Below, in pieces: positions 41,270 to 50,420 of a stretch of DNA of 64,000 nucleotides. Every line of letters starts with the position of its first letter. Position 1 is the stretch's first letter. Origin of the DNA: an uncultured delta proteobacterium (lineage in GTDB: Bacteria > Myxococcota_A > Polyangia > Polyangiales > JAFGIB01). A model generated the notes under the pieces. It had not been told where the DNA came from, did no database searches, and saw only the letters and a list, made by a program, of their open reading frames with translations. The position numbers were made by a program, and so were the translations under genes. The stretch lies in contig CAVZVA010000003.1 in assembly GCA_963778655.1 (NCBI GenBank), positions 128,001 to 192,000 of the forward strand, given 5' to 3'.

Positions 41270-42739
41270 TCAGTCGGCCGACGGACACGCCGGCGGATCA
41301 TCGCACATGCCCATCTCCGGCCGCGGGTCGGTCTGAGTGCAGAACGCGATCTCGCTGAGCTCGTTGCCTGCGGCCATGTCGATCGCCTCGCCTGTCCAGC
41401 CGCGATCGATGCCGTTGGATGCGCTCGCGCGGATCTGCGTGTCGCTGATGAAGCTCGCCTTGGGTGCTTCGTCCAGCGAGAAGGAGATCGCGCCCATGGT
41501 CTGGTCCACTTGCGACGGCTCGGCCTTGGGCGTGCCGCAGGAGTAGCCTCGGGTTTCGGTGTCCGGGTTGCCGGCATACAGGATCTGCGCGTGCGCGATC
41601 ACGCTGTCGGGCGAGACGACTTTGTCGAAACGGACCCCGAGCCAATCTCCGGCGGCCTTGTCGGTGGCCGCCGAGGTGAGCACGACCGGCGCCGCGGCGG
41701 TGCCGGTGGCGTCGAGGCTGGCCTGCGCGCCGCTCACCAGCAGCCCCGAGCCGGCGCTGAAGTCGAGCTCGACTCCGGCCTGCAGCGTGAGCTGCGCCTG
41801 CGCCATTCCCATCGGCGCGCCCACGCGCAGCAACTTCGGCGCGGAATCGGTCTCGCCGCCGATCCGGTACGGCACGCCCCGCGCGCGCCAGCTCGCCTGC
41901 ACCGTCAGGCCGTCGATCCCGATCCGATCCGAGGTCAGCACCAGCACCGCGTCCACGCCGTTGCCCGTATAGTCGCCGTCCGGCACGCTGCTCGCCGCCC
42001 AACCGTCGGTCACGATCGGCGCCTGCGCCGCACCCGCGATCGTGAGCCGCTGCGAGCCCGTGCTGAACGCAGCGTTCGAGCGCAGGCTCACGCCATTGCT
42101 GTCGGAGCCATCGATCGTCACCGTGTCCACGGCCAGCATCTCGGACAGCTCCGCGTCGGCGCTGGCCTCGAGCCGAATCACGCCGTACTGCTCGGACGCC
42201 GCACCGTCCGGCAGCCCGCCGCCGCCCGCGAGCACGGTGTGCGCGAGCGAGAGCGGTGAGGGCACGCGCACCGCGACGAGCGCGCCCCAGGCGGCGTCGG
42301 CTTGCAGCCGCTCGAAGCGCACCGGGCGTCCGGCCTCGCCTTGCGCGAGCAAGCTGCCGTTGACCGTGACGTCCTGACCGGGACCGACGCGCACCACGGC
42401 ACAGGCCTCGAGCGTGAGCTGGGCGCCGCGCGCGATGGTCAAGCCGTCGGGCAGCTCGTGCGGGCCGTCCGCCGCCGTCCACGTCGCGTCGCCCGACAGG
42501 GTCGGCCCGTGGGTCGTGCCCGTATCGCTGGGCTCGGGACAGCCGTCCATGCCCGCGTCGGTTTGGGTCGGGCCGCCCTCGCGCGCGCTGCCGCTGTCAG
42601 CGCCTCCCGCGTCGGCGGACCCGCGGCCGCCGCCGCCGTCGGGGCCCGCGCCGCCCGAGTCACACGCGGCCAGCGACAGCGCGAGCGACAACCCAAGACG
42701 CTTCGCCAGACGCCATGTGAGCAAACGTCCGTTCCCCAT
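41270..42739 (-). CDS. Lipoprotein with repeated beta-rich modules
   Basis: Lipobox LAAC; WTAADGPH, GSLLAQGEAGRPVRF and LDATGTAAAPVVLTS repeats. Confidence 0.75.
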   Translation of the reverse strand: MGNGRLLTWRLAKRLGLSLALSLAACDSGGAGPDGGGGRGSADAGGADSGSAREGGPTQTDAGMDGCPEPSDTGTTHGPTLSGDATWTAADGPHELPDGLTIARGAQLTLEACAVVRVGPGQDVTVNGSLLAQGEAGRPVRFERLQADAAWGALVAVRVPSPLSLAHTVLAGGGGLPDGAASEQYGVIRLEASADAELSEMLAVDTVTIDGSDSNGVSLRSNAAFSTGSQRLTIAGAAQAPIVTDGWAASSVPDGDYTGNGVDAVLVLTSDRIGIDGLTVQASWRARGVPYRIGGETDSAPKLLRVGAPMGMAQAQLTLQAGVELDFSAGSGLLVSGAQASLDATGTAAAPVVLTSAATDKAAGDWLGVRFDKVVSPDSVIAHAQILYAGNPDTETRGYSCGTPKAEPSQVDQTMGAISFSLDEAPKASFISDTQIRASASNGIDRGWTGEAIDMAAGNELSEIAFCTQTDPRPEMGMCDDPPACPSAD

Positions 42740-42818
42740 GTGCCCTGCCTTCCTCGAACCGCGGGCAATCATCTCACGCGTCCCGCGTCCCACGCCGGCC
42801 GGCGTGCGGCCGCCGCCG

Positions 42819-42849
42819 GATTGGCGCGAAGCTCGAAGCGATTGGCGCG
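42819..42849 (+). promoter_or_regulatory. 10-bp direct repeat at 21-bp spacing in a divergent promoter
   Basis: GATTGGCGCG at 42819 and 42840. Confidence 0.5.
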
Positions 42850-42892
42850 TTCCGCGCGTCCGCGCCGGCGGCCTCTGCGTCTATCGTGGGGA

Positions 42893-43789
42893 ATGCACAA
42901 GCGGGTGGCATGGACACTGGCGATGGTGCTCGCGATCTGGGGGACCGGCTGCCCATCCGGCAGCGACTCCGGCACGGCGGGTACCAGCGGATCGAAGGAC
43001 AAATCGCGCTCGGACGCCGGCGCCGGCTCGTCCGCAGCCGCCGGTTCGGGGTCGAGCGACAACGGCAAGGACGCAGGCGCGACAACCGACTCCGGGCCGT
43101 CCGGCGGGCAGGGCGCGGACGCGAGCAGCGATGGCGGTGGCTCGGCCGCCACAGTCGACACCAGCTGCACGGGGATCTTGACCTGCGTGGGCGATTGCCC
43201 CGACTCCGACGACACCTGCCCGGACGCCTGCTACGCGGTGGGCGACAGCGACGCGCAAGACCAGTTTGTGGCGCTGCTCGACTGCATGGACACCAACCAG
43301 TGCAGCGACGTGCCCTGCATCCAGAGCATGTGCGCGAACGAGCTCGTGGCCTGCGTCTCTCCGAGCTCCCCCTCCGGCGGCTCGCCGGTGACCGGCCCAG
43401 CGCCCCAAGGCGACATTCCCGCAGAACTGGTCGGGCACTGGGTGCGCCCGAGCGCCGACGAGGTGTTCGAGCTGACGTTCGGCGCGGACGGCTCCGCGTC
43501 GCACGCCAACTATAAGGAGTCGACGCTGGCCAGTTGTACGATCGCGGTCATGAGCGAATGGTCGACCGGCAGCGTGGTCGCGCAAGGCGACGAGCTGACC
43601 GTCACCCTCGAAGAAGGCGTCACCAACGTGACCTGGGTCGGCGGCTGCGGCAGCGACTACACCAATCCCGCGCCGGGCACGGTGTTGCACTACCGCTACG
43701 CGCTCGACACCGGCGATCAGCCCGGGCTGTGGCTCACCGACCTCGACTGCCAAGGCGACTACTGCGAGGAGCTCTACCGCCTGCAGTGA
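42893..43789 (+). CDS. Cys-rich lipoprotein
   Basis: Lipobox GTGC, Ser/Gly linker, helical Cys domain, ELVGHW beta domain. Confidence 0.75.
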   Translation: MHKRVAWTLAMVLAIWGTGCPSGSDSGTAGTSGSKDKSRSDAGAGSSAAAGSGSSDNGKDAGATTDSGPSGGQGADASSDGGGSAATVDTSCTGILTCVGDCPDSDDTCPDACYAVGDSDAQDQFVALLDCMDTNQCSDVPCIQSMCANELVACVSPSSPSGGSPVTGPAPQGDIPAELVGHWVRPSADEVFELTFGADGSASHANYKESTLASCTIAVMSEWSTGSVVAQGDELTVTLEEGVTNVTWVGGCGSDYTNPAPGTVLHYRYALDTGDQPGLWLTDLDCQGDYCEELYRLQ

Positions 43790-44645
43790 GCATGACCGCG
43801 CCGGCAGCGTGCCGGGCGCGCCCTCGCTCGCGCCACTCGGTCGGGCCCACGCCGTGCGCGCGGCGAAACAGCGAGCTGAGTCGGCCCGCGGAAAGCTCGA
43901 CCGCCGCGGCCACCGCCTTGATCGAAAGCGTCGTGCTCGCCAGCAGCGACTCCGCGCGCGCGAGCCGCTCGCGCGTGAGCTGATCGCGAAACGAAGTGCC
44001 CGCGAGCTCGAGCGCGCGCTGCAGCGAGCGCGGGCTCATGCCGAGCAGGCGCGCGGACTTGGTCAGGCTGGGCGGCGCCGCGTACGGCGCCCAGGTGCCA
44101 CGGATGCGCGAGACAATCTCGGGGCTCTGGCCGTAACGCGCGCGCAGCGCCTCGACCACGCGCGCGGTGCGTGCGGGGTCGTGCGGCCTCAGCCACTCGA
44201 GGGCCGGCCCGAGCTCGGTGAACGTGGCCACCGGGTAGCGCGCGGGCACGACCGCATAGAATCCGCCCACCGCCGCCCCCACCGCGTCGGCGCCGTGCAT
44301 CAGCGCCTGGCGCAGCACCGTCTTCTCGAACACGGGCTGGCGCCGGGTCATGTAGGTCATCACCACGTCGAACGCCGCCGCGTCCACCGCGCGCAGGCAG
44401 CGCATGTCGACCAGCGAGACGTGGGTCTCGTGCGGGCGCGCCCCGGCCTCGAACGCCGCCACCATCTCGCGCGCGTCTGCGACCTCGGGCGAGCCCCAGG
44501 CCACCACTCCCTTGGTGTGCCCCCCGATCTGCCAGAAGCAGAAGCAGCGGCGCGCCACATAGCGGTCGGCCGGGTTCCGCACGAAATCCGCGATGGTGCG
44601 CGCTGCGGCGAGGCCGGCGACGTGAGCTGCGGCGGGCGGCGACAT
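43734..44645 (-). CDS. AraC-family transcriptional regulator
   Basis: ARLLGMSPRSLQRAL...GTSF...SIKAVA...FRRAHGVGPTEWR. Confidence 0.85.
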   Translation of the reverse strand: MSPPAAAHVAGLAAARTIADFVRNPADRYVARRCFCFWQIGGHTKGVVAWGSPEVADAREMVAAFEAGARPHETHVSLVDMRCLRAVDAAAFDVVMTYMTRRQPVFEKTVLRQALMHGADAVGAAVGGFYAVVPARYPVATFTELGPALEWLRPHDPARTARVVEALRARYGQSPEIVSRIRGTWAPYAAPPSLTKSARLLGMSPRSLQRALELAGTSFRDQLTRERLARAESLLASTTLSIKAVAAAVELSAGRLSSLFRRAHGVGPTEWRERGRARHAAGAVMLTAGGRAPRSSRLGSRGR

Positions 44646-44808
44646 TGTCGCTGGCAGTATCGACGACAAGCCTTGCGCGCGTCCACCCACGCTCAAGGCA
44701 CGCGCCTCGACGTAGGGCGTGCGCCCTGCAGGCGTCGCCACCGGCGATCCGGCGAACGCCGATGTGTGCGAGAACGGGACCTCGAGGCCGCTCCCAGCCT
44801 CGCGGCGT

Positions 44809-45927
44809 TCAACGCGCGAGACGCAGGCCCCGCGCGCCGCGCAAGCGGACGCGGCGCGCCAGGTCCGCGACCCGCACGAGCCCGCCGCGCACCGCCATGC
44901 GTGCGGTGCCCGGCGCCCATTGCGCGACGGGCGGATGGGTGAACGCCGAGCGCGCAGGCCCGAGCAAGTCGAGCAGCGAGCCCTCGGCCAACGTGTCAAA
45001 ACGCACAGCGCTCAGCTTGGGCGTCGCGACGATCGCGTCGATCTCCGCGATTCGCCCTGCGGCGTCCAGCTCCACCCGTGCCACCACGCGGCGCGCCAGC
45101 CGCGGGCGCGTAGCGGCCGTCTCGAGCACCAGCGCGGGCAAGCCGTTGAGCAGCCGGATCTCGTAGCGGAAGGGCTCGGCGCGCAGCGTGTTGAGATAAA
45201 AGCGGATCACCTTGGCGCGGCCCAGCACCGGCCGCCGCGCCGCGAAGAACTCGCCGCCGCCGTCGTTGATCGCCTTGACGTCGCGCGCGAGCAAGGCCTC
45301 GAGCGCGGGCACGTTGCGCGCGAACAGATGCATGCAGAATGCCTCGAGCGCCTGGCGGGTGGCCTTCTGGCGCGCGGGCGTCGGCGCTTGCGCGCTCGCG
45401 TCGTAGCTCGCCATCGAGCGCCGCGCGCGGTGCAGGGTGGTCTTGACGTTGGGCTCGCTCATCGCCAGCGCGGCTGCAGTCTCGCGCACGGAGTAGTCGA
45501 GCACGTCGCGCAGCAACAGCACCGCACGCTGCGCAGGACTGAGCGCTTCCAGCGCACACATGAACGCGAAGGTCACGCTCTGCAGCTCACCGTAGCGCGC
45601 CTCCGGGCCGAGCTTAGCCTCGGCGCTCTCGAAGGCGGCGGTCTCGATCGGCGCGGGCAGCCAGGTGCCGTCGTACCCGCGGCGCTTGCGCGCCCGCAGG
45701 GCATCGCGCGCGAGGTTGACGGCGACGCGGACCAGCCACGGGCGCAGCTCGCGCTCCAGGTCGGGCGGCGGGTTCTCGAGCGCGCGCCGATACGTCTCCT
45801 GCACCAGGTCGTCGGCATCGGCGGCGCTACCGGTCATGCGGTAGCACAGGCGAAACAGCTGCTCACGCTGGGCCGACAGGCGGGCGCGCAGCTCACCGGC
45901 AGCCGCCCTCGGATTCTCGGCCGACAC
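44809..45927 (-). CDS. ECF sigma factor, ECF41/SigJ type with SnoaL-like extension
   Basis: YRMTGSAADADDLVQE, WLPAP, region 4 RAVLLLRDV, DGGG motif. Confidence 0.88.
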   Translation of the reverse strand: MSAENPRAAAGELRARLSAQREQLFRLCYRMTGSAADADDLVQETYRRALENPPPDLERELRPWLVRVAVNLARDALRARKRRGYDGTWLPAPIETAAFESAEAKLGPEARYGELQSVTFAFMCALEALSPAQRAVLLLRDVLDYSVRETAAALAMSEPNVKTTLHRARRSMASYDASAQAPTPARQKATRQALEAFCMHLFARNVPALEALLARDVKAINDGGGEFFAARRPVLGRAKVIRFYLNTLRAEPFRYEIRLLNGLPALVLETAATRPRLARRVVARVELDAAGRIAEIDAIVATPKLSAVRFDTLAEGSLLDLLGPARSAFTHPPVAQWAPGTARMAVRGGLVRVADLARRVRLRGARGLRLAR

Positions 45928-46002
45928 GCCGGGCAGTATAGCCCGCGGCGCCGGCAATGGGCCACTCTGGCTCTCATACGCTCGGTCTGCGCCCCGCCTC
46001 GC

Positions 46003-46029
46003 TGTAACCTTTTGGCGCTCTCATTCGTG
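46003..46029 (+). promoter_or_regulatory. ECF41-type promoter
   Basis: TGTAACC-N16-CGTG, close to the ECF41 consensus TGTCACA-N16-CGTC, upstream of an AGGAGGT RBS. Confidence 0.6.
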
Positions 46030-46054
46030 TACAGCAGAGAGAAAGGAGGTCACC

Positions 46055-46642
46055 ATGACCTCGTCAGCGCTCGAACGCGGCCAGCCCCGGCTCGCTCCGC
46101 TGCGGCGCATCCGCGGCGTCTTGGTCCGGCTGATGGCGTTGGGCCTGCGCCTCAAGCTCGGCAAGGTGATGACGCCGTTGCGGGTAATCTACGCCCGCAT
46201 GCCCGCGCTCGCCTTGCCGCACCTCGGCCTGTATCGCGTCGCAGGCGCAAAGCTCTCGCTCGACCCGCTGCTCGTGCACTTGGTGCAGGTACGGGTTTCG
46301 ATGGCGAATGGCTGCAGCTTCTGCACCGACCTGCACCAGGCAATGGCGCTGCACGACCGCCGCGCGCAGGCCGTGCTCGATGCGCTGTTCGATGCCCGCG
46401 CGGACGCCGGGCTCGACGCCGCGCAGCGTGCCGCGCTCGCCTACGTGGACGAGATCTGCCGCACCGGACGCGCCAGCGACGAGCGCTTCGAGCTGCTGCG
46501 CGCGTGCTTCGACGAGCGCCAGATCGTGGAGCTGACCTGGCTATGCGCCTTCACCACCTACCTCAATCGGCTGGCAACGCCGCTCGGAATCGGCTCGGAC
46601 GGCTTCTGTACGCTCGCGCGAGCGAGCGCACGGCGAGCGTGA
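46055..46642 (+). CDS. Carboxymuconolactone decarboxylase/AhpD-like protein
   Basis: VSMANGCSFCTDLH motif; strong RBS; typical ECF41 partner. Confidence 0.85.
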   Translation: MTSSALERGQPRLAPLRRIRGVLVRLMALGLRLKLGKVMTPLRVIYARMPALALPHLGLYRVAGAKLSLDPLLVHLVQVRVSMANGCSFCTDLHQAMALHDRRAQAVLDALFDARADAGLDAAQRAALAYVDEICRTGRASDERFELLRACFDERQIVELTWLCAFTTYLNRLATPLGIGSDGFCTLARASARRA

Positions 46643-47048
46643 GAGGCGCGCTGGCCGGGCGCGTCCGGGCCCGGGCGGGCGCAGGCAGTCGAAATCGGCT
46701 GGCACGCGCGCCCGGATCGGATATGCATGGATCCGCGCTGGGGTTAGATCAGAGCTCGCGATTCGCGATCGCATCACAAACTCCAATATAGCGGAGTCGC
46801 TTCGCGGGGCCGCTTCGCTCCGGTGCTGCAGCGCAGCAATACTCCGTGTATTTCAAGCTGTGGCAACGCCGCGATCGGGCCCGCATCGCTCGCGAGGATT
46901 GATTCTATCTCGCGGACGCTGCACCACCAGCGGCCCCTCGGTGGATTCGACAGGCCACGCTATCTTCCCGCCCTTCCATCTTGCCGTGAAGACGACACCG
47001 GGCGGTGCGGACGCGGCGATCGCCGCGTCTCGCACCGCCCGCTCGTGC

Positions 47049-48086
47049 TCAACGCGCGGCGTCGCTCGCGAGCATGCGCGCGATCAGCACGTCGGCCAGC
47101 CCGCTGCCGTTCTGGCTGCCGCTCACCGCCACCTCGGGCACCAGCTTCACCTGGTGCTCGGCCAACACGGTCGCGACCTGCATCGCGGTGTAGGCGCCCG
47201 TTCCGAGCGAGCCCGCGCCCGCACGGTAGGCCTCGGCCTTGCTCTCGCCGACCTTGCGGGTGGCCTCGGCCTCGGCGTCCGCGCGCACGCGCATGGCCTC
47301 GGCCTCGGCGCCGGCCCGCAGCCGCAGCGCGTGCGCCTCGCCATCGGCGCGAGCACGTACCGCCGACGCCTCGCCCTTGGCTGCCTCGACCACCGAGGCG
47401 GCGTTGCGCTCGGCGATGCGTACGGATTGCTCGCTGCGCACCACCTCGCCCTGCAGCGCCGTGATCGCCGTCTCCCGCTCCAGCTCCTGGCGCCGCACCT
47501 GGGCCTCGCGCTGCACGTCGTAGGTCTGCTTGAGCTCTTCGGCGATCTTGCGGTCGGTCTGCGTCTTCATCAGCTCTTCGGACGGCACGATGTCGCCGAT
47601 CAGCGTGTCGATGCACTCGACGTCGTACGCCTCCACCGCCTGGCGGATATTGTCGAAGGCCTGCCGCTGCCGCACGCTGCGCGCGGATAGGAAGTCGAGC
47701 ACGGTGACCTCCTGGGCGGAGTTGCGGAAGTAGTTCGCGACCGTCGGTTGCAGCACGTGGTCGACCAGGTTCTGCATCGAGCCCACGCGCGAGATGACCC
47801 GCGGTGCGTCCTTCATACCGATGTGAATGATCTGCGAGACGTCGAGCGAGAACGCGAAGCCGTCCTTGGAGCGCACCAGGATCGGCGAGAGCCTCTCGTC
47901 GTAGTGGTGCGCTTCTGTGCGCTGCGCCCAGTTGAGCACGATGTTGGTCGTGGGGACGAGCTCGACCCGCATCACGCGCGTGTTGATCGGGTGCTTGCCC
48001 GGCAGCAACGGCTCGATCCATACGCCCTTGCTGCCCCTCGAGACCAGGTCGCCGTGGGTGAAGCCGTCGCCCGAGAGGTCGACGTG
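47049..48086 (-). pseudogene. 5'-truncated SPFH/flotillin-family gene
   Basis: RSKDGFAFSLDVSQIIHI...YFRNSAQ plus an Ala/Glu coiled coil. The reading frame runs back to an in-frame TAG at 48087-89 with no plausible start. Confidence 0.7.
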
Positions 48087-48238
48087 CTAATCCGACGGCT
48101 CGGGCTGTGAGCGCCGCCCGCGACGACGGAGCGTTCACAACACGCAGGCCGCCAGACAAGCCCCGCGCGCGCTGGTCAGCCGTTGTGCCATTGATGTGGC
48201 GCAATCCTACACTGCGCGCAGTGGGAGCCCTTCGTGCA

Positions 48239-48284
48239 GCAAGCCCCCGCCTCCTGGGGCAAGCGCCCGCCTCCTGGGGCAAGC
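48239..48284. repeat. 20-bp tandem repeat, about 2.3 copies
   Basis: gcaagc(c/g)cccgcctcctggg twice, then gcaagc. Confidence 0.8.
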
Positions 48285-48597
48285 TCACCATGCGGTGAGC
48301 AGCTGACCCTGCGTCCGGCAAAGCGCGCTGGTTTCGCAGAAATAGCGCCCCGCCGCGGGGGCTGATTGTACCAAAATAGGGCTGCGATAAACTGGGCCTC
48401 GACGGCTCGAAGTGGAGCTACCCAGTTGCCTTACCCCGCAGGATTTCAGCACAAATCGCCTGTGCATAAGTCGTCGTGCAAAGTTGCAAGCCATGACTTT
48501 CACGGTATGGTGATGGCGGTGGTGTGATGGCGCCCGCGGAGGCGTCGCCGCACGTGGGCGCGGGTGCTTGCCGAGTGGGTTGTGGAGGCTGGTAATT

Positions 48598-50127
48598 ATG
48601 CTCAGGCATCGCGTTCTCTTCTTCGGATCTGCGTTGGCGTTGGCAGCCGGATGCGGCGCCGCTGACACCGGCGGCAGCACCGCCACCGTAGCCTGCCCCC
48701 CCGGGAGCACGCTCTGCACGCCCGCAGGCGCGACCGGCCTCGGCACCGGGGGCACGGGCACCACCGGTGCGCCTGTGGGCAGCGGCCCCGTGATGACGGG
48801 AACCGGCGGCGCAGCGGGCAGCAACAATGGCATGCAGGGCGCGGTCGGCGCGGCGGGCGCAAACGGCGGCGCCGTGACCCCAGCCGTTGCCGACGGCGTG
48901 CCGTGCGACGTGGCGCAGGTGGTGAGCGCGCGCTGCACCGGCTGTCACCAGACCACGCCCAAGTTCGGCGCGCCGATGCCGCTGATGACGTTCGCGGACT
49001 TTCACGCGCCGGCGCACAGCAATGCGACGCGCATGGTCTATCAGGTGATTCCCGAGCGCATCAATCCGACCGATCCGGCCAAGCGCATGCCGCCGACCTC
49101 GGTGCCGGCGCTGACGGCGGCCGAGAACATGACCATCGCGCAATGGGTGGCAGGCGGTGCGATGGCAGCGGCCAGCTCGTGTCCGATCACCGCGGCCAAC
49201 CTCGTCCCCGGCGACACGCCCGACGGCGGCACGGGCACCGTGAGCATGGGCGGCAGCGGCGGCGCGTCGATCGAGCCGATCCAGTACGACGACCCGGAGA
49301 TGAAGTGCTATGACTTTCTCGCGCACGCGGCGGGCGACAAGAACGCCCCGTACACGCAGGCCCCGGGCGAGCAGTACATGGAATTCGATTTCGCCGCGCC
49401 CTGGACCGGCACGGTGTATCAGCGCGCGACCAAGCTGGTGATCGATCCCAATTCGCAGGTGGTGCACCACTGGCTGCTGTTCAAGCAGAGCGGACCAGTG
49501 ACCGACGGCGCGGTCACGCCCGGCACCGGGGTGCACCCGGACGGGATCTTGCTCCACGGTTGGGCGCCGGGCGCCAGCCCGCTCTACCTCGACCCCGATG
49601 TCGGCGTGAAGCTCGAGAGCACGGTCGGATACGAGCTCGAGGTCCACTTCAACAACCCGACCGGCGCGCCGGGCGACGATCACTCGGGCGCGGAGCTGTG
49701 CGTGACGCCGAAGGTACCCGCACACGTCGCACAGATCTCGTGGGTGGGCACCGATTCGATCTCGGGCCTCACGGCGAGCGGCACCTGCTCGCCCAACGCG
49801 AGCGAGGACATCCACATCATCGCGGCCCAGCCGCACATGCACCTCAAGGGCAACCACATGAAGGTCGTGATCAACCGCGCCGGCGGCGGCATGGACGTGA
49901 TCCACGACGAAGACTTCATGTTCGAGAACCAACACTACTACGTGGAAAACGCCGTGTTGCATCCCGGCGACACCATGACCACGACCTGCAGCTACAGCTC
50001 GCCGGCGACCTTCGGGCCGAGCACCAACCAGGAGATGTGCTACTTCTTCTCGCTGGCCTGGCCCGCCGGCACGTTGGTGATGCCGGGCATCGGAACCGCG
50101 CTCCACGGCGCCGACTCCTGCCTGTGA
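48598..50127 (+). CDS. Lipoprotein: monoheme cytochrome c domain fused to copper type II (PHM/DBH-like) monooxygenase
   Basis: Lipobox AAGC; CTGCH...RMPP; CuH ligands HH and EVHF; CuM ligands PHMH and EMC. Confidence 0.85.
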   Translation: MLRHRVLFFGSALALAAGCGAADTGGSTATVACPPGSTLCTPAGATGLGTGGTGTTGAPVGSGPVMTGTGGAAGSNNGMQGAVGAAGANGGAVTPAVADGVPCDVAQVVSARCTGCHQTTPKFGAPMPLMTFADFHAPAHSNATRMVYQVIPERINPTDPAKRMPPTSVPALTAAENMTIAQWVAGGAMAAASSCPITAANLVPGDTPDGGTGTVSMGGSGGASIEPIQYDDPEMKCYDFLAHAAGDKNAPYTQAPGEQYMEFDFAAPWTGTVYQRATKLVIDPNSQVVHHWLLFKQSGPVTDGAVTPGTGVHPDGILLHGWAPGASPLYLDPDVGVKLESTVGYELEVHFNNPTGAPGDDHSGAELCVTPKVPAHVAQISWVGTDSISGLTASGTCSPNASEDIHIIAAQPHMHLKGNHMKVVINRAGGGMDVIHDEDFMFENQHYYVENAVLHPGDTMTTTCSYSSPATFGPSTNQEMCYFFSLAWPAGTLVMPGIGTALHGADSCL

Positions 50128-50175
50128 GGCAACGGCGCCTGCCCCGCAACCGGAGCTGAGGGCGACGACAGGCAA

Positions 50176-50217
50176 CTCCGGCGCGCGCCGCCCTTGACGG
50201 GGCGTCCCGCGCCGGAG
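50176..50217. terminator. Hairpin between convergent genes
   Basis: ctccggcgcg...cgcgccggag outer stem with an inner cgccc/gggcg stem. Confidence 0.45.
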
Positions 50218-50420
50218 CGCAGTCGGCGTCTTCAGCGGCGCGCGTGGACGGCTGGCGATGGTTTCGCACCCGACACGGTCGCGCGGCACCGAGGGCGGGC
50301 GCAGCACAGCGATGCGCGGGCCGCGGTCGCGCTTCGAATCGGAAGCTGAGCCGGCGTCGAGCGCGCCGCAGCTGCGCGAAATGCGCTCGCGCTCCGCCCC
50401 CGGGCGCGAGCGCTATGCCT

